64,000 bases of DNA, taken from IMG/VR virus record IMGVR_UViG_3300021426_000066; one strand, given 5' to 3'. Below the pieces are notes generated by a model that worked only from the letters and a program-made list of their open reading frames with translations, ran no database searches and was not told the DNA's origin. Positions within the stretch are counted from its first letter, which is position 1. Each line of letters starts with the position of its first letter. Below, piece by piece: positions 20,112-30,700 of this stretch. The DNA comes from a virus (Duplodnaviria > Caudoviricetes). The translations under genes and the position numbers were made by a program.

Positions 20112-20385
20112 CTTATTGTTACTCTTTTTAAAATAAAAAGGGATGAGTCATTTCTGCTCATCTCTGCATTTTCATTGTTAGATTATATATGCAGAACAGA
20201 TCATACCATTACCCTATTAGGGTACTCCCGTACATATAAATGTCACCATTTATATTGTGATCGTTACGGACTATTTAGTTTCATCTAAATAAGTTGCCCA
20301 CGGTATTGCCTATCTCTAGGTGTCCACCGTTTTGAGAGAGTTTGCTGTATATATTGCTATATAGAGGGGCATAACTTTTCAGTTC
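20112..20385 (-). ncRNA. Group I self-splicing intron (IA-like, 274 nt, no ORF)
   Basis: Exon ends in U (…CAG GGU) pairing with IGS GCCC; terminal G (…AAUAAG); P2 UAUAUA-GCAA-UAUAUA; P3 ACUCUC/GGGAGU; P4 ACGGUG/UACCGU; P5 CCUA-GAGA-UAGG; P6 GGGC/GUCC; P7 GAUCA/UGAUC; P7.1 with GUGA loop; P8 ACCCU/AGGGU; removal restores frame (QG|TTS). Confidence 0.93.
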
Positions 20386-23300
20386 ACCCTGTCCCGAATG
20401 AGATGCACCAGTAGCTGTCCAGTTATCTAATACTGGATCGCCATTTGTATAAATACACTGAATTGTAGTATCAGTTACTTTATCTTTCTTATCGTTCGTA
20501 AAATGAGGACAATCAAGTTTGAAGATACGAAGATCTGGACAAGCTTCAGCCAAATGTTCAGGTGTCAGATTGTTATTCTCGTCATAAATCTGATTACGAT
20601 TATATCTGTTAATCATTTCCTCAGCGCTTCTCGCATCAGCAATGAAGTTATTCAGAATATCCTTGTCAGAGAGAGAAGAGTTATAACACTTCATTCTATA
20701 AATCCATACGTCACATTCAGTAGAACCAATTGTAATATCTACAGGTGTCTCCTGTGTAAAGGAGTCATCGCTTGTATAGACCATAGGACGAAGAGCAACA
20801 CCATCTTCATAACTCATAACCATAGGAATGGTTGCAGTATCTTTGTTAATATTGAATTCAAATTCAATTATATCTTCCTCAGAGTAAGGAATCATTAAGC
20901 TGTTAACAGAAGAAGTTAAATATGCTTGATGAGGTTGCATTTGAAGCCCAACAATATTAGTATCTCCAGAACGACATGTCAGCCAAGTGGTAGACACATC
21001 CCTTACATTAGTTGTTTTGAAAATAAGCTTGAATTCCTTACCATTCTTCTTAGCGTCATCGCCAAACAGCTTATAATCAAACGTTGCCGTAGTACCTGCT
21101 TTGACACAGAAATATTGGTCACCATTACTGTCAATCTGATATCCACCATTAGTCCAGTCAAAGTTGTTGGATACAGACATATGATAAGTATCGTTGCTCC
21201 AGATTCTATCTGCACTATTATTACTATAACCAACAGGATTAAAGTCTAACTGCAAATTCGCTGTAATAGGAGCAATATCAATATCAAGTTCTTCAACAGT
21301 GACTCTAATGGTCTTGACAGTTTCACGGCAAGTAATGGTTAATGTATGTACGCCCGCAGTAGCACTCTTATAACTCCATGTATGCGTACCGTTAGTAACA
21401 GTCTGTGTTCCGATACTAACTCCATCAACTGCTAATGTAACAGTAGGTGTTTCGGTATTAGGATCATAAATGGAATAAACAATATTAGTCGTATCATACT
21501 GTTGTGCAGTAATAGCCTGTCTATTTGTACCAATTACAGGCACATCAGATGTCTCATCGAACCAAATAATATCTTTGTAAATATGATCTGTTTCAATATC
21601 GCTACCACTAATATTAGCAGTAATATAAGCATCCAATAAATGCGCTCCATGCGTCTGGGCAGGAATGGTATATCCCATAGGAAGACCAGAGGATGAAGTT
21701 GTTACTGTACCAATTTCCGTACCATCTAATTTAAAATGAACAACTTTACTAATACTACCGTAAGGCGTATAGTCAAAACTTACAGGTCCAATAGGATAAG
21801 TAAAGCTGTCATTGAACGAAGATTCCAGACGTACATCAACCATCTGTACCGTCCAAGTACGAGTGGCAAGAGTACCATTATCATCAGTAATACTTAATGT
21901 AATTTTCTGTGTACCTAAAGATACAAAATCAGTTACATCAAATGAGTATTCCTGATTAGATGCAAGAGTCTGTGTTCCAAGAACCGTATTACCGATTCTC
22001 CAAGTAGCAGTACCGCCAATATCAATGTTAGAACTATCCAATGATCTGTAATGATATCTTAAGATAACTTTCGATCCTGTTAATGCGACAACTGGAGTTG
22101 TAGTAACATAGGAAATTGTAATCGTAGAAGAAGTCTGCTGACCACCTCCACCACCTCCAACAACTTTAACTGCACATACCGCCGTAGCATTCGCACGAAC
22201 AAATTCGTCACCCTCATATGTCCAGAGAGTAAGCATATACTTTTCAGCATCACTTAAGCTGTCATCAGTATCATAAGTAATGTAATACTTTTCATTCGAT
22301 CCACCACTGACATCAATATTATCAATTGCAGTTTCAAGTTCTGCAATTTTAGTACCAATAGTAGTAATATTACTCTTGTTACTGTTAGCAGTAGATGCTA
22401 TTTCATTCATTGCAAGCTGAATAGAAGATACTGTAGTAGTATTTGCTTTGTCTGCTAACAGCGTATCAACCTCAGATGCAGTATAATACTCATCTCCATC
22501 CAGCTTACCCTCAAGAGTGGCAATAGACTGATTAATAGTGGATAAACTACTATCAATCTGAGCCTTGGTGTAATAATCATCTAGTGCAGTAGTAATAGCT
22601 TCAGAGATTTCAATATCCTGAGATAAATCAAACTGAGCAAGCTGAGTACCATTATCTGTAAAAGTAATAAAATGCGTTACAGGATTATAGGTAATAGCCA
22701 GATGTGTTGCCAGATTATCTACTTCCGTTTTGGTATAATAATCATCCAAAGCTGTTTCAATCTGACCCGCAACTTCTGTAGTCATATCCGCACGAACTGC
22801 TTCTTCAACAGACTCTGCAACATTATCTTTAATCTGGTTAAATTCATCTATCTTTTGGCTAACACTATCTACTGCATTTGTAGCCGTGGTAGCAGCATTC
22901 TTAGCATCAGTCACAGCATTATCAATCTGAATCAGATAAGATTGCCATCCATCAGTAGGCTCAATTAATTCATCGTATGATAATGCCTCTAAAACTGTAA
23001 GCTGAGAATTTGCTCTGGACTTCCAACGGTATGTTCCCGCTGAAGTAGTACCAGTAGCTTGAATTTCAAATTTTAAAGTTCCTGCAACCTGTGTCATAGC
23101 ATCATTCACAAGCATATGGAACATAATATAATCTGTACTATAAGAAACATTACAAGCAGTAGTAATAAATCCCTGTGATTGAGAATTGACTATATAGAAA
23201 CGAATAGTCATCTGCATTAAGTCAATTCCCTCAACATATCTTGGCATACGGAAGCCAATCAATTGAGCATTACTTTCCTGTGTAATGTTAATTTGATTCG

Positions 23301-23511
23301 GGGCCATCGTAATATTTTTGGCGGCATCAACAGTAGAAACAGCCTGATCATCCTTGTATTCGTCATACCAAGAATAAATATTATTTGAAACTTTAACATA
23401 GTCTGTCGCAGATTCAGGTTCGTTATCTGTTTCTGTCACGTTAGTGACCTCTTCTGTCGATTCAGAATCATCACTTATCAAATCACTAAAATTTGAAGGC
23501 ATAGGCTTCAT
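20386..23511 (-). CDS. Exon 1 of 2339-aa multidomain tail protein: BppU-N-like domain, coiled coil, Ig-like and LamG-like domains, start of CotH-like domain
   Basis: AAAGGAGG RBS; '[23 protein letters not shown]…AGTLKFEI'; 'DYYTK' repeats; 1042 codons up to the splice site. Confidence 0.8.
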
Positions 23512-23581
23512 ACCTCCTTTCTCTTAATATGATTTATATTAGTCTATTTTTATAATATTCCAATCATATATATACTATTAA

Positions 23582-24385
23582 TTAAATGCATACAGCATAT
23601 AAATGAAAAGGACCAGAACTACAATTATCAGTATTGGTAAATAATAAAGATCTAACCACATATTGTGTTGCCTCTTTAACAACAGGCATATTTTGATTTA
23701 AAATTACATCATATTTAACACCAGGCGTTGCTTGATCTTCAACAAACACATTTATGGAATATAATTCTGCCGCTACACTGCCATCTAATTTTCCACAAAA
23801 ACCAATAATATGTTTATCTCCAATTAAACTACTAAGCGTTGGATTTGTATCATAGACAGATCTTCCCGTAAAACCATAATAGTGAGAATTAACTGATTCT
23901 GCCCCCCTGTAACCAGCCAATGGACTTCCTCCACCATATATTTCTCCATCCAGTTCAATAATAGTGATTTTACTACCACCATCCATTCCATCCAGCTTCG
24001 CTTTATCCTCAGCACTCATCAAACCACTAGCACTACTGGTGGCCTCACTATAAGTAGTATCCGTAAATACGGCATTCACAGGTACACTCTTATTAATAGT
24101 ATATCCAGAATCTTTAACAGTATATCCATCTACACCCCATGTCAGAACATGGTTTTCAGTAGTACCTGAAGCCTTGCCTTTAATTTGTGCATCGTTAGTT
24201 ACATTATCAATTCCTAACTCTTCCTTAGTGGTCGTAATAGGAAAGTAGTTATTATTTTCATCAACGAAATATAACTCATGGGTATCAGAGGTAATGACAA
24301 GATCATTAGCATTGATAGTACCATTAGCTATATTCGTTGGAATATTAGCTTTTTCTGTAGTAAAAAATCTTGTTTGATTTATCAT
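23582..24385 (-). CDS. Tail fibre-related protein
   Basis: 'SVPVNAVFTDTTYSEATSSASGLMSAEDKAKLD' module shared with the 3064-aa fibre. Confidence 0.6.
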   Translation of the reverse strand: MINQTRFFTTEKANIPTNIANGTINANDLVITSDTHELYFVDENNNYFPITTTKEELGIDNVTNDAQIKGKASGTTENHVLTWGVDGYTVKDSGYTINKSVPVNAVFTDTTYSEATSSASGLMSAEDKAKLDGMDGGSKITIIELDGEIYGGGSPLAGYRGAESVNSHYYGFTGRSVYDTNPTLSSLIGDKHIIGFCGKLDGSVAAELYSINVFVEDQATPGVKYDVILNQNMPVVKEATQYVVRSLLFTNTDNCSSGPFHLYAVCI

Positions 24386-24406
24386 TTTGTTACCTCCTAA
24401 AATGCT

Positions 24407-24763
24407 TTATCCCAATTTCATCAAAAGGACCCTGTATGATACCGTTCTATCTGCCGTTGTGTCATCATTAAACAGAAACACCCTTAGTTTTCCGTTCGTA
24501 ATGATTGCGTTCGGATAATTGTTTACAGTGTTTTGTATTTGATAAAGCCCCTGTCCTCGTTTTATGCCTATGTCTTCCTGATTCACGGAAATGATCTGAT
24601 ATGCGCTTGTATCAGAAATATGCCTTAATTCGATTTCGGCCGTTGCTGTTCCTTGTTTTGCGGATGTTGCTTTCGGAACTAATTGGGTCCCGCTGACGAT
24701 TACGAAATCATCTTTTGTATAAACGGTTACCTTTGTTTTATCATCATTAAATGCGTATGCCAT
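24407..24763 (-). CDS. Hypothetical beta-rich tail-tip protein
   Basis: 118-aa ORF, AAGGAGG RBS, tightly packed in operon. Confidence 0.45.
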   Translation of the reverse strand: MAYAFNDDKTKVTVYTKDDFVIVSGTQLVPKATSAKQGTATAEIELRHISDTSAYQIISVNQEDIGIKRGQGLYQIQNTVNNYPNAIITNGKLRVFLFNDDTTADRTVSYRVLLMKLG

Positions 24764-24776
24764 TTCTCACCCCTCC

Positions 24777-26441
24777 TTACTTCCGCAAAATCATTTCAAT
24801 TACATCATTGCTACCCGCAGTAATTGATGTGGTAAAAGTAACTGTAATTACTAAATTGGCATAAGTAGCTGTATACTCATTGGCATTCAGCTTTAAACCG
24901 TTAAGATATATTTCAAGGAAGTGTTCGTCATCGGTGTCATATGTATAGCCAGTAGGAGAGAAGGTGATTGCCGATACTGTACCAGAAGTTAATGTCTGAA
25001 CATCTTTATATATTCTACGCTGATAAGTAAGAGTACCTGATGCAACCACATTACCTTGCCAGTCTATTGTGAGAGCATTAGAGGAGAGATTTTCTGTACC
25101 ATTACCTACTATTACTGCATAAATATTGTTTTGGTCTTCTACATTATATTTCCCAAGAGCGGTTTGAGAATTTGAACTAGCAACAGTTCCTTGATTTTGA
25201 GCGTGAGCGTAATCTCCGACTGCCTTAGTTTGATATCCTATAGCAAAAGCATTTGACCCTAAAGCAGAATCTTCTCCAATGGTAATCCAAAGATAAACAC
25301 CACTTTTATTAAGATGGGGGCCACTTGGATTAGGGTCTGTGCCTTGTGGATACTGAAAAGTTAATACACTTCCATTAACCGAATAATCGCATTTTCCTTG
25401 TATGCTCGTATCCGTCTCATAAACATGCACAACCCCTGCCCCAGATACTCCTAACTCAACTTTAGTAATTTTATCATAATCTGAAGATGGTATTTCTGTA
25501 ACCATGTCAGCGAGATCTATCGTTTTGGTTTGATAATTGGTGTAACTGCCATAGCTAACATAATAATGATTGGCAACATTTTCTTCCATACTTCCAACGC
25601 TTCTTAAACTTCCTGTAGCTGTACCATTAACAATATTAGAATTGTTTGCGGTAAGTGCCGCATTAATTACCTCATCTGCTCTTGTCTGAATTACCGTATA
25701 TTGTGCATCAGCAGCATCTTGGATGTCTCCTCGTTGTTCTGAAGCTGCAGATTCAATGTTCGTTCTCTGCGTAGTTGCCTCTCCGTTAATTGTAGTTTTC
25801 AAAGTATCAGCCTCAGAGCGAATATTGGATAACAGTTGATCTGCACTACCTGTTTCATTTTCATTAGAAAATGCATCAAGAGCAGTTTGAGCATTAGTGT
25901 TAAATGTATTTAATGCAGAACTAGATTCTTGTTGCCAAGTATCGAAATTAGTATTAATTCGTTCAATTGCTTCATTTCCAGCTACAATAGATGCACGAAT
26001 ATCAGCCAGTCTTTGTCTTGCATTATCAATCAGCCCGTTTAATTCTCCAAAATCATAAACCTTTAATACCACATCATCCGTATAAACACTCTCAGGTACT
26101 TTGATATAGAATGGAAGAGTACTAATCTGTTCATGAGTAGTAGGATGTTTGATATCGATCTGAGCATGATGTTTACCAGAGAACGCTACCAAAGACTCTG
26201 GTAGAGTAATGCTTACTGTATTATTTTCTGTCGAGAACTCCATAGCTTCTTGATAATAGTTTCCACCATACCCAGCTACCTTAAGCCAAGCATCGTAATC
26301 TTGAGTTGGAAGTATAAAAGGCTGTCCGTTATCAGTTAATGTAACCACTAATTTATGCGTATCTTTGTTATATTGTGGTATCTGAACCATAATTGAATTG
26401 TTTTTCTTTATGTCCAGACTTATTTCATGCGTAACAATCAT
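24777..26441 (-). CDS. BppU-family upper baseplate protein with YadA-like head repeats
   Basis: N-terminal 'QYNKDTHKLVVTLTDNGQPF…QISTLPFYIKV'; coiled-coil middle; 'AFAIGYQTKAVGDYAHAQNQGTVASSNSQTALGKYN' repeats; follows Dit. Confidence 0.7.
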   Translation of the reverse strand: MIVTHEISLDIKKNNSIMVQIPQYNKDTHKLVVTLTDNGQPFILPTQDYDAWLKVAGYGGNYYQEAMEFSTENNTVSITLPESLVAFSGKHHAQIDIKHPTTHEQISTLPFYIKVPESVYTDDVVLKVYDFGELNGLIDNARQRLADIRASIVAGNEAIERINTNFDTWQQESSSALNTFNTNAQTALDAFSNENETGSADQLLSNIRSEADTLKTTINGEATTQRTNIESAASEQRGDIQDAADAQYTVIQTRADEVINAALTANNSNIVNGTATGSLRSVGSMEENVANHYYVSYGSYTNYQTKTIDLADMVTEIPSSDYDKITKVELGVSGAGVVHVYETDTSIQGKCDYSVNGSVLTFQYPQGTDPNPSGPHLNKSGVYLWITIGEDSALGSNAFAIGYQTKAVGDYAHAQNQGTVASSNSQTALGKYNVEDQNNIYAVIVGNGTENLSSNALTIDWQGNVVASGTLTYQRRIYKDVQTLTSGTVSAITFSPTGYTYDTDDEHFLEIYLNGLKLNANEYTATYANLVITVTFTTSITAGSNDVIEMILRK

Positions 26442-26455
26442 TTTCTCACCTACCT

Positions 26456-27259
26456 TTAAAATCCAACCTTAATAGCTGGCGTATATTTTATTTCAATATC
26501 ACACGCTAAACTTGGTGTGAAAATGTTTCTTGTGTCATCATATAAATTAAATATTCTGGGAAATACAAAATTGAAATCCTGTGATAAATCATGATTACTG
26601 TCAGTAGATTCTATAAGTAAATATTTCCCAGATATAGTAAGAACCTCTCCATTGGAGCAATTCTCAACCCGCATTATTCTGCTATCCCGACTATTGATTA
26701 ACGAAAATTCGCCGCTCTCTTTTAATGTGATAACAACATCTGGAATGATATATCCCTCTTCATATGACACATCATCAATAATAAAAGAACTCTCCGCTTC
26801 ATTCTCAAAGCGGAGAGTAATGTCTTCCATATATGCGTAAGGTGCGTCAGCAGTAAAAGTCAATTGAAGACCAACAATATTACCACCTAATAGTTCTTCT
26901 TGGGATGTAAAATATCCATTCCAGTAAATATCTTCAAATCCATCAGACAACACCTTGAATTTACAATACTTCGTCCTTCTACACAGCCATCTTTGTAAGG
27001 CCGATACCTCATACGGAGTCATGTAATACATATCATCACTTTCGCAAGGATTCTTACATATCCCGAATGAAGCAGAAAAAGGACTATCATAGGTAGAAGA
27101 GAAGAGATCAAATTTATCACTTGTTAGAGACTTTGCAGAAGAAAATGTTAGGCTTGCACCTGATGGAACTTCACCATTCTGCATGCCAGAAAAGGATGTC
27201 ATAACGCATCCAAAATCAGATAGTCGTTTACCATCAAATTCAAAATCTACTGCATACAT
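26456..27259 (-). CDS. Distal tail protein (Dit)
   Basis: 'DFEFDGKRLSDFG…LTFTADAPYAY…FNFVFPR' pattern; position near TMP/Tal. Confidence 0.75.
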   Translation of the reverse strand: MYAVDFEFDGKRLSDFGCVMTSFSGMQNGEVPSGASLTFSSAKSLTSDKFDLFSSTYDSPFSASFGICKNPCESDDMYYMTPYEVSALQRWLCRRTKYCKFKVLSDGFEDIYWNGYFTSQEELLGGNIVGLQLTFTADAPYAYMEDITLRFENEAESSFIIDDVSYEEGYIIPDVVITLKESGEFSLINSRDSRIMRVENCSNGEVLTISGKYLLIESTDSNHDLSQDFNFVFPRIFNLYDDTRNIFTPSLACDIEIKYTPAIKVGF

Positions 27260-27265
27260 ATATAA

Positions 27266-27724
27266 TTACTCCTTCGTTTCGTTTTCAGATGAAGAAAACT
27301 TTTCAAAGATATCTTGTAAGAGGAGATAATCTTTGGCTGTAATTTTAATATCTTCATCCTTTAAGGCTTCGAGATTAAGAGGCTTAAACTCAACTTCAAC
27401 CTCTTCAGACAGAAATTCACTAAACTTAATATTGAATTCCTCAGGCTTGGCAATGGCAATAGCACCCTTTTCTTTATCGACATATTTAATTTCGCCATTA
27501 TCTTCACGCTGAGCAAAGTCTTCAATGACTTTCTGCCTACGCTGATTAATAACCTCAATGGGTTTCGCAAAAGCATCAAGAATAGATGCGACATTGATTG
27601 CCAGCTTCAGAGATAATTCCGCTTCACCCAGTTTATTTAAAATAGGGTACAGAGAAAGAATCTGATCTGCCGTAAGATTGAAAGTTCTGGTTACATTAGT
27701 TGTGTTAGTTGCTGTGTTTTCCAT
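27266..27724 (-). CDS. Hypothetical helical tail-associated protein
   Basis: 152-aa ORF with RBS between Tal and Dit. Confidence 0.5.
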   Translation of the reverse strand: MENTATNTTNVTRTFNLTADQILSLYPILNKLGEAELSLKLAINVASILDAFAKPIEVINQRRQKVIEDFAQREDNGEIKYVDKEKGAIAIAKPEEFNIKFSEFLSEEVEVEFKPLNLEALKDEDIKITAKDYLLLQDIFEKFSSSENETKE

Positions 27725-27728
27725 AATA

Positions 27729-30700
27729 TTATTCTCCTTTTAATTCCTTGATTGTATTTTTAAGAGCAACAACTTGCTCTTCTAACTGCTCAATACGTTT
27801 CCGATTTTTTTGAATCATAAAAGTGTTGAACGGAATAAACTCGTTATAATTGATACGATACAGTTTTCCATTCGTCACATATTTCTGTGCTTCTTCAGAA
27901 GGCTTTGCAATAGATGTTAAATACACAGAACTATCTATTCCATATTTATCCATTTGTTTAATTACATCTTGAGCCATAAATCCTAAATGTTTATTGGGAT
28001 CATCACCAACTAAATAATTAAACGAAAAAGGTTGTATAGACATAAACAAATCTTCATATGATGTGGATAAAATTGACACATTCGTTTTAATTCTTTGGTC
28101 TGAACTACCAGAAGCAGCAAAATAATAGTCCGTATTCTTCCATTGGATGTGTCGGCTTGAGTTACTGGACCAAAATGCCATTTCTTCATTACTACTACCT
28201 ACAGCTACTGCTAAATTATAGTAACGAAGCATATTATGCCCAAGTTCAGTCTGAATACCACGCTCATCCGTAAATTTTAAATAATTGCTAGAAATAGCAT
28301 TATTAAAATTGATAGAATCCGTATAAAAAATAATTTTACGATTTATATACCAAGTGTTGTCCGTAGCGCCATTATTCGCTTCATAAGTATCTGAATTATT
28401 AAAATATATAAAATTCTTTTCACCTTGACCATCTAAGATATTACTAACTTTCCTACCCTGAGATGCATAATATCCGTCAAGGATGCCCACTTTAACTCCC
28501 AGATTGTCATGATATCTCCATGCGCCCGCAGAATCTGTACCAGAATTATTTATAACAGTTCCATCAATACATCCAGTAGAAGCAGTCGAGGTCATATAAA
28601 TATAATATTTATCTTTTGCTTTCATGGAAGTGGCATCAATAGTACCCTTTATATTTGCGCTAGTAGCAGTTAATGCCCCAGCAGCAGTAACTTTAAACGC
28701 ACCTTTCCCAAGAGCAATACCATCTGTTCCTATATAAAAGCCATTATTTGAAGTGTTTCCTAAAGAACTCATACCATAATAGATAGAAGCATGTGTTGCA
28801 TTCGTGCCAATAGTTATTTTATTGGTTGCGTTGGCTGCTCCAATCTGTCCAGACGTTGCTTTAATCGCCCCTGTTATATCCGCACCAGTAGCGGTTAAAG
28901 CACCAGCACTTGTTACTTTAAATGTATTGGATACAGACAAGCCGTTATCTCCAAAATACATAGCACCAGCAGTCCCCATCGTTTTGTTGGCTTTGTAAAT
29001 ACTCGTTGAATCAATTGTCCACGGACCGATTTTACCAGTACCATCATATTTAAAATAAATAATGCCCTGTTTACCTAAAGAAATATAATCTGTTCCAATA
29101 TACACTCCATCAACATTACTATTATAAGCAGAATGAGAACCAGAATACATTTTTCCAGTTGTAATGGTAAAGCCATTAGTGCCACCAATACGTCCAGTAT
29201 CCGCTTTAATTTCACCTTGTATATCAGCGCCTGTTGCGGTTAATTTTCCTGTCTTATCAACATAGAATTTATTAGTGACAGAGATCCCTTCGTCGCCAAG
29301 ATAAGCACTACCCGCAGTAGAAGACTTCCAACCACCTTCTTTATATAAAGCTTTCTTTGTAATCTTCCAAGGACCAATTGTACCTGCATCTGTAGCAGTT
29401 AAATTAGTAGCCGTGATACTTCCAGTAATATCCAGATTGCCATCATTATCAGCAGAGAATACTTCACTTCCAGCTTTGTTCTTTAAATGTAATCCATCCT
29501 CATCTACTTTAAAAGTGCCACCTTCATTATAAATAACAAGATTTTGACCTAGTACCAATCTACCAACTACAGTATCAGCAATAACCCCATATGCATCTTG
29601 AGTGACTCCATGTTCGTCAACATATGTAAACGCCCCCACACCAGTACGAATCTTATTCCAGTTATCATCTGTAATATATAATCCATTTTTAACAATCTTT
29701 AATTGTTGTGGTAAATATTCACCTGTGGAATCATCATATCCTCTGGCATAGAAGCCTGTAGAGTCATAAACGATTTCTTGAGCAATTGGATCATTGGCAA
29801 ATTTAGTCATAGTTGCCTTAAGTCCATCATTTACCCATTCATTAACTAACTTAGATGATTTATCATTTTCTTTTACTTTATTCTGGACAATACTATAAGA
29901 ACCAGCTATCGATCCAGCAGATTGCAAAACAGACTGAATATCTGACGCTCCAGACCATATTTTTTCTACCGTTGAGAAATCTATATTAATACTCTGTAAT
30001 TCATCAAAATTAATAGAATAGGAGAGTAGACGTAAATCATACAACTTATCATCTACAGACATCTTAATCCAGTTACCCACTTCAAAATCATCTTTAATAG
30101 GAGCAAACTCTGGTAATGCTAACAGATTATTCAAATTACCAGAAACATCAAATTGAAGATGAGATGCCTTATATAATTCTTTCTGTGCTGCATCAATTAA
30201 TTCACCTGCTCTACGCATAACAACACTATTATCTAATTCTGTCGAAATGTAATTATCGTTCTTATAAGAATCTTCTCTACGATAATTACAAAAGACTTTA
30301 TACAAGTCTTCGCCAAGATAATCAGCAAAATTTAAAGCATCCTTTGTCTGTTGTCTATAGGATTCTACTTTATTAAGCACAGATTGAATGATTGCTAAGT
30401 CTTCAGTTCTTTGAGGTATTTCACCTTTAATGCCTTGAGAAGCGTCCCCGTCCATGAATTTTAAATGCTCATTATAGAAATCCCAATATATCTGATTTAT
30501 TTTTGGCCCTTGCTGTTGAACAATATTTAAAACTTCAGAATAACAAGGTCTAACTATTTTGGTTAACTGACTCAAACTATATTCATGCAATTTCTTTTTA
30601 AAAGTATTGATTAGAGATGCAGGTGGTTTCTGATCATATTGCTTAATATAATCCAGTTCCTGGGTCAAAATAGCATTTAAATCTTCTAAAGAAGTATCTT

